A DNA stretch of 39,959 bases, taken from a virus (lineage: Duplodnaviria > Heunggongvirae > Uroviricota > Caudoviricetes). This document shows, in pieces, positions 1 to 11,386 of the stretch (within the stretch, counting starts at the first letter, position 1; the number at the start of each line of letters is the position of its first letter). A program made the translations under genes and the position numbers. The notes beneath the pieces were generated by a model. The model worked only from the letters and a program-made list of their open reading frames with translations, had not been told where the DNA came from and made no database searches. The stretch is from the IMG/VR virus record IMGVR_UViG_3300027974_000025; one strand, written 5' to 3'.

Positions 1-2
1 AT

Positions 3-419
3 GGTGGAGAAGATAATAAGAGACTAGGTGGTATGATTGTAGCAAATGATGAAGCTCAAAGACTTGGCATTAACCCTGCCACATTATACGAACCAAAAGA
101 AGTAACTAATCTTAGAACTTATATCCAAGCAAGTGGTGACCAAACTTCTAAGGGAGATCCTAAAGAGAAGTCAACATACATACAAGGAGATAGCTATCTT
201 AAGACTCCTAATTTTATAAACTTAAGAGGAAGTGGCTATGATGCAGCTGCTAATATTACATATAAAAATGGTTTATATTATGCAAACATATTTGGAAGTG
301 ATGGCAGAAGATCAAATATAATGACCATGCCTGGTAGTCCAAACTTACAAGCTGTTCTTCAGAACTTAACAAATAACGTAAACGCACAGTGGATTGAAGC
401 ACTTTTAACTGAAAGATAA
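3..419 (+). CDS. C-terminal fragment of an upstream gene (probable virion/cargo protein), truncated by the window edge
   Basis: The frame is open from base 3 (GGT GGA GAA GAT...) through the ORF-track ATG at 33, so 33 is probably not the true start. Its TAA overlaps the next ATG (TAATG at 417-421). Confidence 0.75.
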   Translation, partial: GGEDNKRLGGMIVANDEAQRLGINPATLYEPKEVTNLRTYIQASGDQTSKGDPKEKSTYIQGDSYLKTPNFINLRGSGYDAAANITYKNGLYYANIFGSDGRRSNIMTMPGSPNLQAVLQNLTNNVNAQWIEALLTER

Positions 420-3400
420 TGCCAGATAAAATAGTAAACTTAGGAGGTACAATTGAGGGTTTTCCAAATACACCTGTAGTAAATACAGATATTAGACAAT
501 CTAAAGGACCTACTCCTTCTATAACTGATTTGTATACACAAGGATTAAGTACTGTTAAACCAGCAGGTATAGAGGCTATTCCTACGTCCAATCTATATTC
601 TGGTGATAGGTATGCTGCTGTTAGACCTGGTGAAGACTTAGAAGAAATGTATGGTCAGCAACAATCTTCAATGGATAAATGGAAGAATGGTGCCATTAAG
701 TTTTTTGGTACTGCAACTGCTTCTCTTGTTTCTGGCACAGCTGGTCTTGTTTATGGTGTTGGTTCTGCTATAAAGGATGGAAAGTTTTCCAATCTTTATA
801 ATAATGATTTGACTAGAAAGATGGATGAGACATTTATCCAAGGTTTAGAAGATACTGCTCCTAACTATTACACAGCAAAAGAAAGAGACGCTGACTGGTG
901 GTCTCCTGATAATATCTGGACTGCTAACTTCTTCTCAGATAAGTTGATGAAGAACTTAGGGTATACAGTGGGTGCTATTGGTGGTGGTGTGGCTTGGGCT
1001 AAATTATTAAAAACATTAGGTACAACAAATGCATTGGTTAGAGGTGGATATGGTTTAGAAGCTGTAACTGCTGCAGAAAATGCAATGCAAGCTGTTCCTA
1101 AAGTAAATCAATTTGCTGCATTTGATGGTGCAGTTAATTCTGTAGCACAGAAGTATTTAAAGACTCCTTTAGCTAAGATACTAAGTGATCCTGAAAGAAT
1201 TGTTGCTTCTACAATGGGTACGTTTGGTGAAGCTTCATTAGAGGCTTTACAAAATGCAAATGAGTTTAGAAAAGGAGCAATAGAACAATATGTAAAAAAG
1301 TATGGTAAAAATCCTACAGGTGCTGACCTAGAAGAGATTGATGACTACGTAAGTAGCGTTGGTAACTTCACTTGGGGAATGAATACTTTATTATTAACTG
1401 GCACAAACTATATTCAACTTCCAAAGATATTAGGTTCTTCTAATAGAGCTGATAAGATGTTACTTAATCAGATTGAAAAGAAAGGACAAGGGGCTGCATT
1501 CACAGAAGTGATGCCAGCTACTAAGTTTGGAAAAGTGTTACAAAGATCAAAGGATGTTTCAAAACTATTCTTTGCTCCATCAGAAGCATTTGAAGAAGGT
1601 GCACAGTTTGCCATCCAAGTAGGTACAAATGATTATTTCAACAGAGCCTTTAGAAACAGACAAGGTACACAAGACTTCTTGACTGCTCTAAGTGGCACTA
1701 TGGGTAATGTACTTGGTAAAGGTGTAGAAGATGCTATATCTACTAAAGAAGGATTAGAGAGTATATTAATTGGTGGCTTGTCTGGTGGATTACAACAAGC
1801 TAGAAATACAATTAAAGAACAAGGTGTGTTAGGTACAGGAGGATTAAGAAGAGCTAATACAGATATTGCTCTAAATGCTTTGAATCAAAGTAATATTGAA
1901 AATGTACTTGGGGACTATGCTAGATATATAGGTATTGGTATTGGTTCTCAAAAGGCTAGACAACAAGCTATTGCAAATAATGATAAGGTTTCTGAGAAAG
2001 ATTTTGAGAATGACTTCACTCTATCTTACATTATGCCAAGAGTTAAGTATGGTAAGGTGGATTCTATTGGAGAAGAACTTTCATACTACTCTCAACAATC
2101 ATCTACAGAAGAAGGCTTCCAACAATTGGTTGCAAATGGTATTGTAAATGCTGGTGAAAGTAGAGAAGACTTTTTAGATAGAATTAAAAATGTTGGAAGA
2201 ATTACAAAGAACATTAATGATCTTTATGATTCATTAGGTAGAAAATATAGTAATCAACCTGGCTATACATCAGAGATATTAGATAAGATGGTGTATTCTT
2301 TAGCTAAGGTGGGTAGTTATGATTTGCGTATTCCTGAAGTAAACAATCTATTGTTTACAGCAGGAGTTAATACACAAGATATATTACAAAGTGTCATTAA
2401 GGAAAACAAACCTAATAAGGAAGCTGTAGAAGAATCATTGAAACAAATCAATGAGATGGATGTAACTTCTGAGACTAAGGATGATTTGAAGACAGCATTG
2501 TCTGATATCATTGAGTTAGGCTTACGTAGGAAAATGTTTATTGATGAGTATGATGCTATCAAGGCTAATCCTACAGAATTCCAATTCAAGCCTGATGTAG
2601 AGTTTGGTGCTACAGAAGAAGTACCTGTAACAGTTACAGAAGAAGAAGAACAACAAGTTACTCCAGAAGGACAAATTGAATTGTTTCCTACAAAGAAAGA
2701 AAGAAAACTAGAGGTTGGTAAAGAGTACTTCTTAAAACAACCTGTTAGAAAAGAAGACAATACACTTACACTAGCACCTAAGATTAAGGTGTTATCTCAA
2801 ACATTGGGTGGTGAGTTTGAAGTACAGTTACCTAGAGGTAATGTAAGCTTCTTAACTCCTGAAGATTTTGCAACATTAGATTTGGCAGATGAGGGTGCAG
2901 CGTCACCAGAGCTGAGAGATATAATGGAAGCTGCTATTGATAACGTATTATCTAAACCAGAGTTTGCAGGTGTTACACTTCCTGAGGGAGAAGATAAGTT
3001 AACATCTCTTAACTCTTTAAATAACGCACAATTAGTTGATGCTGTTGAGACTGAGTTTAATGCACTTTCAGAAACATATTTGAAAGAACAAGCTGATCTT
3101 CAAGCTAATAGAGAGAAGATGAATGCTGTAGCAAATAAGATTAAATCTGCACAAACTGATATTGCTGCTACATCTGGAGTTGTCCCAACAGGCAACAATG
3201 ATGAAGACTTAATGAATACTCCTAAGGAGACTCCTAAGAAAGATGCAGGTATATTGTTTACCTCTTCTACATCTGCCTCTATTGACTGGGAGAAAGTATT
3301 AGCTCCTAACGTTACACGTTATAATGAGTTTATAAACAAGGTAAAGACCTTTAAGAATAAGAAGAACATCAAAACCATCATTGTCACTCAGAAGCAAGAA

Positions 3401-6400
3401 GCTGCATTGGGACTAGCTGGTCTTGGTGAACTATCTTTTAGAGAAGGTAACTTTGATACAGGTTTATTAAATGATCCTGTTTATGGTTTCATTGGTCTTG
3501 TATTTGTAGAAGATAAGAAAGGAGAAAGACAATTTGTAGATAAGGATGGCAATCCTATTGGTAAAGTGGGTGAGCAAGTAGAATTAAACAAGGTGGTATT
3601 TACAAGTATGCCTGCTGCTAAATTAGACAATAGTAAAGGTGAACCTAGAAATAGAGCTGGTCAAGAAGAGCAAGCTGCATTAGAGTTAGCAGCATACGAA
3701 GTATATCGTAAAGACTTAAGAGAAGCTGCTGAAGAAGAGTATCCAATATTTAACTTCACTCCATCTAAAGGTATTGCTATTACAGATGATGTTAAAAAGT
3801 CTGTAGGTGGTATTCTTGTTCCTGAGAATCAAATTGCTACACAACAAGTTTTGACTGTTGTGACTAAAGGAGGTGTTGACCATGTAGATGGTATAACTTA
3901 TAACTTTCCTAATGGAAGACCTGTATTCCAAGACCAAGATACATTAGAATATCTAAACAACTCTAACTTAACTAAAGACCAAGCAAGTGCAATTTATAGT
4001 GTACTCAAAGCTATGTCTAATGAAGCTAAGCAACAAATTGCTGCTAAGAAACCAGTTAAGTTTAATGAGATATATAAGAGATTTTTACAGGGTGTTACAT
4101 TCTATACCAACGCAGATGCTGTAGCAAAAGGTGTGGGTGAAGGAAGTAGCAATCGTATTTATATAGAAGGATCTGTATTACACATTGGAACTAATACATA
4201 TGACTTTGCTAATATAGAGAAACAAGAGATTCCTATTGTAAGTGATTTACAAGGAGTGTTCCATAATGTAAATAGCTTCACAGTTAACTTAGGATTAGGT
4301 GAACCATTTGTAGAATTCTATGTAGACGCTGCTGGTAAGTTAGCACAAAGAAGTTGGAAGAACTATCAGTCTTATTTGTTAGCAAGTAAGAACCCTGATG
4401 GATCTGGACGTATAGCTCCTTTGACAACCAATGTAGTTAAACCTACAGTGGCTGTTCCTTATACACACAAACAAAAGTATATTATTCTAAATGGCTTAGA
4501 GCTTCCAAAACAATCTGTAGTTAAACCTGCAGAACCTGGAGTGGAGACATATAAGTCTAATGTAGGTGATGTTACATATACAGTTACAACAGACAGTAAA
4601 GGTGACTTCACTGTAGAGTTAGTTGGTGAGAATCCAAACATTCAGAAGATTGTAGACAACTCACAATTAATGGCTGTTGCTACACAACAGTTGAAAGACT
4701 TAGGTAAGTTTGATGAGTTAGATCAACCTATTCAAACTGCTGCTAAGTTTGCTGCTGAGGTTATTACAGCTAAGTTATTAAGTGAAAGAAAAGCTGCAGC
4801 TCCTGTTGTTGAAGAAAAAGTCTCTGCTCCTGACCAACCTAAGAACATCAACATTGGTGATGCTGAATATAGAAGAATTGGTAGAACAGATGTAGATAGA
4901 ATAAGTGATGCTGAGCTTGCGTTGTTTAAAGAATGGCACGCTAAGAATGCTAAAACTATTCCTTACGAAGTGTTAGAGAATGTTATTAAGATTAATAACA
5001 CAGAGAAGGCATGGGGAGCATTTGAGAATGGTGTAGCTAAGTTCTTTAAAGGAGCTCAAAGAGGTACAGAATACCATGAGATATTTGAAGGTATCTGGAA
5101 AGGTTTCTTATCTCAAGGAGAACAACAATCTATCCTTGATGAGTTCAAAGCTCAAACAGGTTCTTTCTTAGATAGAGAGTCTGGTAGAAGAATAGATTAT
5201 GCAAACGCTACAGATCAACAAGCTAAGGAAAGAATAGCTGATGACTTTGCTGAGTTCAGACTTGGTAAGTTACCTGCTAGAAATCTTACAGAAAAGATCA
5301 AGAACTTCTTCAAAGCTATTATGGATTTCTTCAAATCATTTGTAAATAAACCTACATTGAAAGAAGAGTTATTCAAAGCTATAGATACAGGTGAGTTTGC
5401 AGATAGAACACTTCCTGAAACTATTAAGAATGAAGCTGCTGAGTATAGAAAGATTGAAGGTATAAATGCTAAGCAAACTAATGAGTTTGTACAAGACATT
5501 ACAGCTAGAGTATTTGGTGAAATATTTGCCAACAACAGCTCTTTATTTAATATAGAAGATATTACAGCTTTTGATTTATTTAATAGAATCAGAGAAAAAT
5601 ATATACAAAACAATATTATAGGAGATAACCCTGTAACACAAATCTCTGAGAATCAATACGTTAAGTTAGTTGAAAGAACTAAAGAGTTCTTGAAGACATA
5701 CAGAATTGAGTTTGATGAAGATAGTAGAGTTGCAGTTAATGATGATGGAGCTAATAGAAAAGACTATGCAGCTGAAGCATTCACTGTTAATTTCAAGAAG
5801 TCTTCTCCATACGCTGTTAAGTTATTGATTGGTACTTTGATTAAGACTAAAGGTTTGAATCAAGAAGCAAGTGCAGTACTTAAACGTCCTGAAGCTGATA
5901 CATCTAGTATTGGTGGACTTAAGTTATTACCTTTCAATCAAGCATTCACAACTTTGATGAATAGACTATCTAACACAAGAAGTATCCCTGAGTTTGTGTC
6001 TAAGCTACATGAGTTAGCTAAACAGAACAGTGACTACGTTAGATTGTTTGAACGTTTAGGTGGTAACCTAACCACTGGTAAGATTGACTTTAATTCTTAC
6101 AAACCTCATGACATTAGATTGTTTACTAACTTCTATCAGGTGTTTACAAAACAAAGACCTGATGCGTTAGCTATGTTTATAGATGGTAATAATGTATACT
6201 CTGCTCCTGCTAATCAAGCTTCTGCTATTGCTGCAACAAGATCTGAGTGGATAGAGAACATGAAGACTAAGGCTGAACAGCCTGGTTCTATCATTAGCTT
6301 TAATGGAAAAGTATATAAAGTTAAGAAAGAAGATTATAATATTAAGACTCCTCAAGATAAGGTAGAGTTCTTAGCACAATTGGGTATAGAATTCCCAATG

Positions 6401-9400
6401 GCTGTATATAATAAGGTGAAGAATAAGAAAGCTTTCTCTGATGCTGTAAGTGGTATTAAGTTAGGTCTTAGTAAGACAGATGAGTTGATGAGCTTTGGTG
6501 GTAGAAAGCTTGGTATTCGTACACAGTTAAATGAGCTGGCTAAGTTATATACAGTAGCTGCTTCTCCTGCAGAAGACAGCACATACTTTGGTGTAGATGG
6601 TAATAGAATACAATCTGACACAGATGCAAACTATCCTTCTTTATTAGAATACGTATTTAACTCTTCTGACACGTTAGAAGAATTGAAGCAGAACATGCCT
6701 CAGTTAAATGATGTATTCTCTACAAGCAGCCAAGTGTTAAAGCTAGGTGGTAAGTTCTTTGATGAAGAAGGTAATAGAATTGATGAAATCAAGTTACAAT
6801 ACATACAAGGGGTTAAGGACGTTGTAGACAATGAAGGAAAAACAACATCTTCTCTAAGCATAGGTGATAGGTACATTACAGAAATGAATCAAAACCTAGA
6901 TGGTAGATATTATGTATTAATACCTGCAGATAGTTCTAGAGAATGGATGATGGACTTAGGTAATACAATTACCTATACAGACGTAGCTGCTGGTAATGCA
7001 GATAAACTATTTACTGATACATTCTTAGGATATTTAAAGGATGAGATTAAATTAGCTCAAGATAGCACTAACAGAACTAAGCTTAGAAATGTAGGAAACA
7101 AAGCTACAGAGCTTAGATTCTTAAAAGATATGCTTCCTGCTACATTGTTGAATAAGGTACAAAAGCTTATTGATAATAGAGCATCAGAAGAAAGTATCAA
7201 TACTTTTATTAATACAAATCGTGAAGATTTAGATGCAAGTATATTAGAGTCATTAGATAACACTGTAACTAAGACTAGACAAAACTTAGTGGAGACACAA
7301 AAGGTTATTGCTGGTAAAGAAGCAGGTAGTTTCCTAATGCCTGAACTAGAGAATAGATTCACTGAAAAGGCTGGTTTGAATAAGTTGGCTTTGACAGATC
7401 AAGATGTTAATAATGTTATCAAGTTTGCTAATGCTAACTACATGATTAACAACGTGGAGTTCCACAAGATCTTGTTTGGTGATCCATATCAGTTTGAGAT
7501 TAAGGGCAATCAATTAGATGAGACCAAGCGTATTAAGTCTTTCTTATCTCCAAGAAGAATCACTGTAAACTCTGATGAGTTTAACAACTTATTTAATAGT
7601 GAATACAATACAGTGGCTGGTGTTCAATTAACGTCAGAAGACTATGGATATCATGAGCATAAAAACTTTGCTAAGACATTCACAGCTGCTGATGTAAATG
7701 TAATAGATAGTTTCTATCCTAAATCAAATGAAGCAGATGCTGCTTCTTGGATTATGGATGGTGCGTTTAAAGAAGTGAAGTTAAAGAATGGTCAATGGTC
7801 TGATGAAGCTGAAGATTGGCATCAATGGCAAATGGCTTATACAAGACAAAATGTTCCTGGCTACACATATAGAAGTGACGCTCTTCGTAAGCATGATGAA
7901 GCGTTAATAGAACAATCTGAGCCTAAGAATTTTATAGAGGAATTAAAACCTATTGTATCTGGTAACAAGTTTGGTAAAGTAAACTTTGATCTAGTGTTAG
8001 ATAAGTTCTCTCAAATGCCTTTGTATTATAAGGCTATCAAAGGAACTAATTTAGGTAAGCTTTATGAGAAAATGTTTAAAGAAGGATATGACTATGCTAT
8101 TGTAGTTTCTGGTAGAAAGGTTGGTGCTGAGAAGTTACATAAGTTATACAATGAAGATGGTAGCTTTAATGAAGAAGCATTTAACAATACAATCAATGTT
8201 GGCTGGGATACTTATGGTATCCAAGTAGAGAATAGCTATGACAAAGATAGCAAACAAACTCTTGGTTCTCAGTTAACTAAACTTGCCACTGTTGACTTAT
8301 ACAGTGATGGTAAAGCTAATAATGAAGCTGCTAAGAAGGCAGTAGAGAAGAACACTGAGGTGTTAAAAGAGATGTTACTTAATGGATATCAAGAGTTATT
8401 AAGAAAGCTTGGTATTGAAGACCTAGGTGATAATTTTGTTGTTAAAGACAAAACTGTTGTAGCTGATACATTAAGACAAGAGATGCTTAAGAGAGAAATG
8501 TCTGAGAATGGTATTGATAGTATATCTATTAATCCAGAAATTGGAGAGTTTTATATTCCATTCGAAGCATCTACAAACTATATTCAGATCAAAGACATAC
8601 TGTATTCAATTGTAGACAAATCTATTGTATCTCCTAAGGTAAATGGTTTCCCTGCTGTACAGGTTCCTGTAACAATGTGGGAGAAAGCTGGTGAGTCTAG
8701 AGGAGAAGGATTGAAGAAGTCTGCTCTTAAATTCTATAGCAAAGAAGATCCATATATAGAAGTATATCTTCCTGCATGGTTCAAGAAACAATTACCTAAG
8801 GGTAAAACTGATGAAGAATTAATTAAGTTATTAGAAGGATCAGAGATATTAAAGGGTATAGGATTTCGTATCCCAACACAAGGATTGAATTCTATGGAGG
8901 TATTTAGAATCAAAGGTTTCCTACCTGAGTTTATGGGTAAGACAATTGTGGTTCCTTCTGAGATCACTACAAAGGCTGGATCTGACTTTGACATAGATAA
9001 GTTAAATCTATACTTAAAGAACATATATGTAACTCCTTCTGGAGAGATTAAGTCTGTACCATTCTTTGGATATGGAGATCAAGCTAAAGAGGCTATCAAG
9101 AAGTTTATTCTTGAAGAAGATATCAAAGCAATGTTAGATATCAATAGTGAAATCTCTGGAAGCAGAGTTGATGACTATGGTACATTAGCAGATAAGCTTT
9201 ACAAACAATCTCTTGAGAATGAATACTTTAGATCTATCGAGGCATTGTTAACTCTACCAGAGAACTTTGATAGATTAACTTTTCCTAATACAGACACAGC
9301 TCTTAAAGATATTGCTAATGATTTAGATAGATTAAGAGAAGAGAATGAAGGTGATATTAAGAATAGATTGTTGGATAGAAACTACATGACTAATCAAAGA

Positions 9401-11386
9401 CATGCGTTTCTAACTGGTAAAAGATGGATTGGTATTGCTGCTGTAAACATTACAGGTAATTCCCTTGCACAAAAGACAGATGTGTTTGTAGAGAACCCAC
9501 AAACAGAAATGGCTTTAAAACATAATAAGTTTATTGATGGTGGTTTTGAGCATATATCACTTTCTGGTATGTTGGATCAATCTGGTAAATACATCTCTGA
9601 TAAATTATCAATGTATGCAAATGCTTTTGTAGATATTGCTAAAGACCCATACATTATGAAGATTATCTACAGCAATAGAGTTGTAGGTACATTTATGTTG
9701 TTAGAGCGTGCAGGTGTTCCTATGAAGACAGTGGCTATGTTTATGAACCAGCCTATTATAAGAGAACACATTAAAAACTTAGATGCTAATGGTGCTTCTA
9801 GATATGCAATAAGTAATGCTGATTATATTAAGCAAGCTAAGATAAACTTCCCTGCAAATCCAAAAGCTATCCAAGCAGCTACAGTTGCTGAAGGTAACTT
9901 TGAAGATAATATATCTTCTTATGCTAAGAATACAATGACTGAAGCTCAGAATGCTGAACAACACAAGATACTGAATGAGTTCTTATCTTATGTTGCTCTA
10001 GCTGATGAGAACTTCAATTTCACACAAGCTATTAATTATGACACTAGTACGTTTAGAAGTGCTGATGATTTTTATAGAAAAGAACTAATGACTGATCGTG
10101 CACAAGAGAAAGGAGCTATTAGCTCTCCACAAAAGGTGTTAGATAGTTCTTTCTTAGGTACAGAAAAAACTGTGTTAGATCAATCTAATTCAGCATTAGG
10201 TGCTATCCTTAAATTTAATCAACCTGAATTTAGAGGTGTACTTGAGAATACTATTCAACAGTTTGCTGAGAAGTTCTATCTTGGTGATAAATTTAATAAG
10301 GTGACTCAAAGAGCAACAGCAAGCTTACTTGATTATATTATTCAAACAGGTAGAAAGAACGCATTGAATATCAGTGAGTTATCTTTTGGTCCAGAGTCTG
10401 TAGCAGTAAAGTTAGAAGAAGCTAAACAAAAATATCCTAATATACAAATACTACAAGACTTAGTTGTAGTGTCTGCAGAAAGACCAAATAGCCCTAAGAC
10501 TATTAAACTTAGAGCTAACATTAAGGAAGCTTATGACGAGAACATGTATATTGGTATGATGAGAGAGTTGAGAGACAATCCAGACACTAACCAACTATTC
10601 AAAGATCTTATCAAAGTAGCTATCATACAAGGTACATATCAATCTGCTGTATCTATTAAGAACATTATTCCTATTGAAGACTATTCTGCAGAAGTGAAGA
10701 ACATTGTGAACACTGCTGTAGTAGATACAAACGTTCAAGAGTTTGCTAACAACAACTGGTTCCAAAGAAACAATTGGAAGAACTCAGATATTACTCCTGC
10801 TATTGCTCCTTATATTGATGAAGAGTCTGTAACAGAGATTGGTGAGTTTAAGAATGAAATAATTTCTCAATACAAGTTTACAGGATTTGTAGAAATACCA
10901 CAGATTGGAATTGGTGAGAATGATAAACTTGTAATCACTGTAGGAGAAAAATCTAAAGCTGCTGGCTATGATATGGTAACTATTCCACGCATTATCACTA
11001 CTAAGTATGGTGAGATGATTGACTTCATGACTGGCAAGACTATTACAAGAGCAGGATATGCAGAACTAAAAGCCAAGGGTGATCCTATAATTGGACAAAT
11101 GTTTGGTTATCAGAAAGTTAAGTTTGTAAGTGGTGAAGCATTAAGAACATATAAAGGAAAGTTTGTATTCAAGATGGTAAACTTATATGGAGATGGACAA
11201 TTCACTTCTGAGTATTATAAATTCAACAAACCTTCTGAGCTAGATAATAATACAGGTAAGGTTAATAATGAAATACCTAATTCAGAAATCATCAAATACT
11301 TTACAGGTATTGTTGAAAATGAAGTATCTTCACAACCTGAAACAGAAACAGATCTAAGTACTAAAGACTTTAAATGTAAATTCTAA
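419..11386 (+). CDS. Giant virion-packaged single-chain DNA-dependent RNA polymerase polyprotein (crAss-like/phi14:2 gp66 type), with an N-terminal ejection-protein-like region and a degenerate zincin domain
   Basis: 3655 aa. Catalytic DxDxD motif GSDFDIDK (DFDID = nt 8984-8998, aa 2856-2860) is preceded by GFRIPTQG. Also SGRKVG, LGSQLTKL and VDIAKDP, motifs I associate with crAss-like RNAPs. YHEIFE at nt 5072-5089. Gly/Ala-rich hydrophobic segments occur in the first ~470 aa. Confidence 0.88.
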   Translation: MPDKIVNLGGTIEGFPNTPVVNTDIRQSKGPTPSITDLYTQGLSTVKPAGIEAIPTSNLYSGDRYAAVRPGEDLEEMYGQQQSSMDKWKNGAIKFFGTATASLVSGTAGLVYGVGSAIKDGKFSNLYNNDLTRKMDETFIQGLEDTAPNYYTAKERDADWWSPDNIWTANFFSDKLMKNLGYTVGAIGGGVAWAKLLKTLGTTNALVRGGYGLEAVTAAENAMQAVPKVNQFAAFDGAVNSVAQKYLKTPLAKILSDPERIVASTMGTFGEASLEALQNANEFRKGAIEQYVKKYGKNPTGADLEEIDDYVSSVGNFTWGMNTLLLTGTNYIQLPKILGSSNRADKMLLNQIEKKGQGAAFTEVMPATKFGKVLQRSKDVSKLFFAPSEAFEEGAQFAIQVGTNDYFNRAFRNRQGTQDFLTALSGTMGNVLGKGVEDAISTKEGLESILIGGLSGGLQQARNTIKEQGVLGTGGLRRANTDIALNALNQSNIENVLGDYARYIGIGIGSQKARQQAIANNDKVSEKDFENDFTLSYIMPRVKYGKVDSIGEELSYYSQQSSTEEGFQQLVANGIVNAGESREDFLDRIKNVGRITKNINDLYDSLGRKYSNQPGYTSEILDKMVYSLAKVGSYDLRIPEVNNLLFTAGVNTQDILQSVIKENKPNKEAVEESLKQINEMDVTSETKDDLKTALSDIIELGLRRKMFIDEYDAIKANPTEFQFKPDVEFGATEEVPVTVTEEEEQQVTPEGQIELFPTKKERKLEVGKEYFLKQPVRKEDNTLTLAPKIKVLSQTLGGEFEVQLPRGNVSFLTPEDFATLDLADEGAASPELRDIMEAAIDNVLSKPEFAGVTLPEGEDKLTSLNSLNNAQLVDAVETEFNALSETYLKEQADLQANREKMNAVANKIKSAQTDIAATSGVVPTGNNDEDLMNTPKETPKKDAGILFTSSTSASIDWEKVLAPNVTRYNEFINKVKTFKNKKNIKTIIVTQKQEAALGLAGLGELSFREGNFDTGLLNDPVYGFIGLVFVEDKKGERQFVDKDGNPIGKVGEQVELNKVVFTSMPAAKLDNSKGEPRNRAGQEEQAALELAAYEVYRKDLREAAEEEYPIFNFTPSKGIAITDDVKKSVGGILVPENQIATQQVLTVVTKGGVDHVDGITYNFPNGRPVFQDQDTLEYLNNSNLTKDQASAIYSVLKAMSNEAKQQIAAKKPVKFNEIYKRFLQGVTFYTNADAVAKGVGEGSSNRIYIEGSVLHIGTNTYDFANIEKQEIPIVSDLQGVFHNVNSFTVNLGLGEPFVEFYVDAAGKLAQRSWKNYQSYLLASKNPDGSGRIAPLTTNVVKPTVAVPYTHKQKYIILNGLELPKQSVVKPAEPGVETYKSNVGDVTYTVTTDSKGDFTVELVGENPNIQKIVDNSQLMAVATQQLKDLGKFDELDQPIQTAAKFAAEVITAKLLSERKAAAPVVEEKVSAPDQPKNINIGDAEYRRIGRTDVDRISDAELALFKEWHAKNAKTIPYEVLENVIKINNTEKAWGAFENGVAKFFKGAQRGTEYHEIFEGIWKGFLSQGEQQSILDEFKAQTGSFLDRESGRRIDYANATDQQAKERIADDFAEFRLGKLPARNLTEKIKNFFKAIMDFFKSFVNKPTLKEELFKAIDTGEFADRTLPETIKNEAAEYRKIEGINAKQTNEFVQDITARVFGEIFANNSSLFNIEDITAFDLFNRIREKYIQNNIIGDNPVTQISENQYVKLVERTKEFLKTYRIEFDEDSRVAVNDDGANRKDYAAEAFTVNFKKSSPYAVKLLIGTLIKTKGLNQEASAVLKRPEADTSSIGGLKLLPFNQAFTTLMNRLSNTRSIPEFVSKLHELAKQNSDYVRLFERLGGNLTTGKIDFNSYKPHDIRLFTNFYQVFTKQRPDALAMFIDGNNVYSAPANQASAIAATRSEWIENMKTKAEQPGSIISFNGKVYKVKKEDYNIKTPQDKVEFLAQLGIEFPMAVYNKVKNKKAFSDAVSGIKLGLSKTDELMSFGGRKLGIRTQLNELAKLYTVAASPAEDSTYFGVDGNRIQSDTDANYPSLLEYVFNSSDTLEELKQNMPQLNDVFSTSSQVLKLGGKFFDEEGNRIDEIKLQYIQGVKDVVDNEGKTTSSLSIGDRYITEMNQNLDGRYYVLIPADSSREWMMDLGNTITYTDVAAGNADKLFTDTFLGYLKDEIKLAQDSTNRTKLRNVGNKATELRFLKDMLPATLLNKVQKLIDNRASEESINTFINTNREDLDASILESLDNTVTKTRQNLVETQKVIAGKEAGSFLMPELENRFTEKAGLNKLALTDQDVNNVIKFANANYMINNVEFHKILFGDPYQFEIKGNQLDETKRIKSFLSPRRITVNSDEFNNLFNSEYNTVAGVQLTSEDYGYHEHKNFAKTFTAADVNVIDSFYPKSNEADAASWIMDGAFKEVKLKNGQWSDEAEDWHQWQMAYTRQNVPGYTYRSDALRKHDEALIEQSEPKNFIEELKPIVSGNKFGKVNFDLVLDKFSQMPLYYKAIKGTNLGKLYEKMFKEGYDYAIVVSGRKVGAEKLHKLYNEDGSFNEEAFNNTINVGWDTYGIQVENSYDKDSKQTLGSQLTKLATVDLYSDGKANNEAAKKAVEKNTEVLKEMLLNGYQELLRKLGIEDLGDNFVVKDKTVVADTLRQEMLKREMSENGIDSISINPEIGEFYIPFEASTNYIQIKDILYSIVDKSIVSPKVNGFPAVQVPVTMWEKAGESRGEGLKKSALKFYSKEDPYIEVYLPAWFKKQLPKGKTDEELIKLLEGSEILKGIGFRIPTQGLNSMEVFRIKGFLPEFMGKTIVVPSEITTKAGSDFDIDKLNLYLKNIYVTPSGEIKSVPFFGYGDQAKEAIKKFILEEDIKAMLDINSEISGSRVDDYGTLADKLYKQSLENEYFRSIEALLTLPENFDRLTFPNTDTALKDIANDLDRLREENEGDIKNRLLDRNYMTNQRHAFLTGKRWIGIAAVNITGNSLAQKTDVFVENPQTEMALKHNKFIDGGFEHISLSGMLDQSGKYISDKLSMYANAFVDIAKDPYIMKIIYSNRVVGTFMLLERAGVPMKTVAMFMNQPIIREHIKNLDANGASRYAISNADYIKQAKINFPANPKAIQAATVAEGNFEDNISSYAKNTMTEAQNAEQHKILNEFLSYVALADENFNFTQAINYDTSTFRSADDFYRKELMTDRAQEKGAISSPQKVLDSSFLGTEKTVLDQSNSALGAILKFNQPEFRGVLENTIQQFAEKFYLGDKFNKVTQRATASLLDYIIQTGRKNALNISELSFGPESVAVKLEEAKQKYPNIQILQDLVVVSAERPNSPKTIKLRANIKEAYDENMYIGMMRELRDNPDTNQLFKDLIKVAIIQGTYQSAVSIKNIIPIEDYSAEVKNIVNTAVVDTNVQEFANNNWFQRNNWKNSDITPAIAPYIDEESVTEIGEFKNEIISQYKFTGFVEIPQIGIGENDKLVITVGEKSKAAGYDMVTIPRIITTKYGEMIDFMTGKTITRAGYAELKAKGDPIIGQMFGYQKVKFVSGEALRTYKGKFVFKMVNLYGDGQFTSEYYKFNKPSELDNNTGKVNNEIPNSEIIKYFTGIVENEVSSQPETETDLSTKDFKCKF

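Noticed and set aside
10748-10759. AACAACAACTGG run as a possible template repeat
   Set aside because: It is only NNNW within the RNAP frame, and the flanks do not match the VR scaffold.
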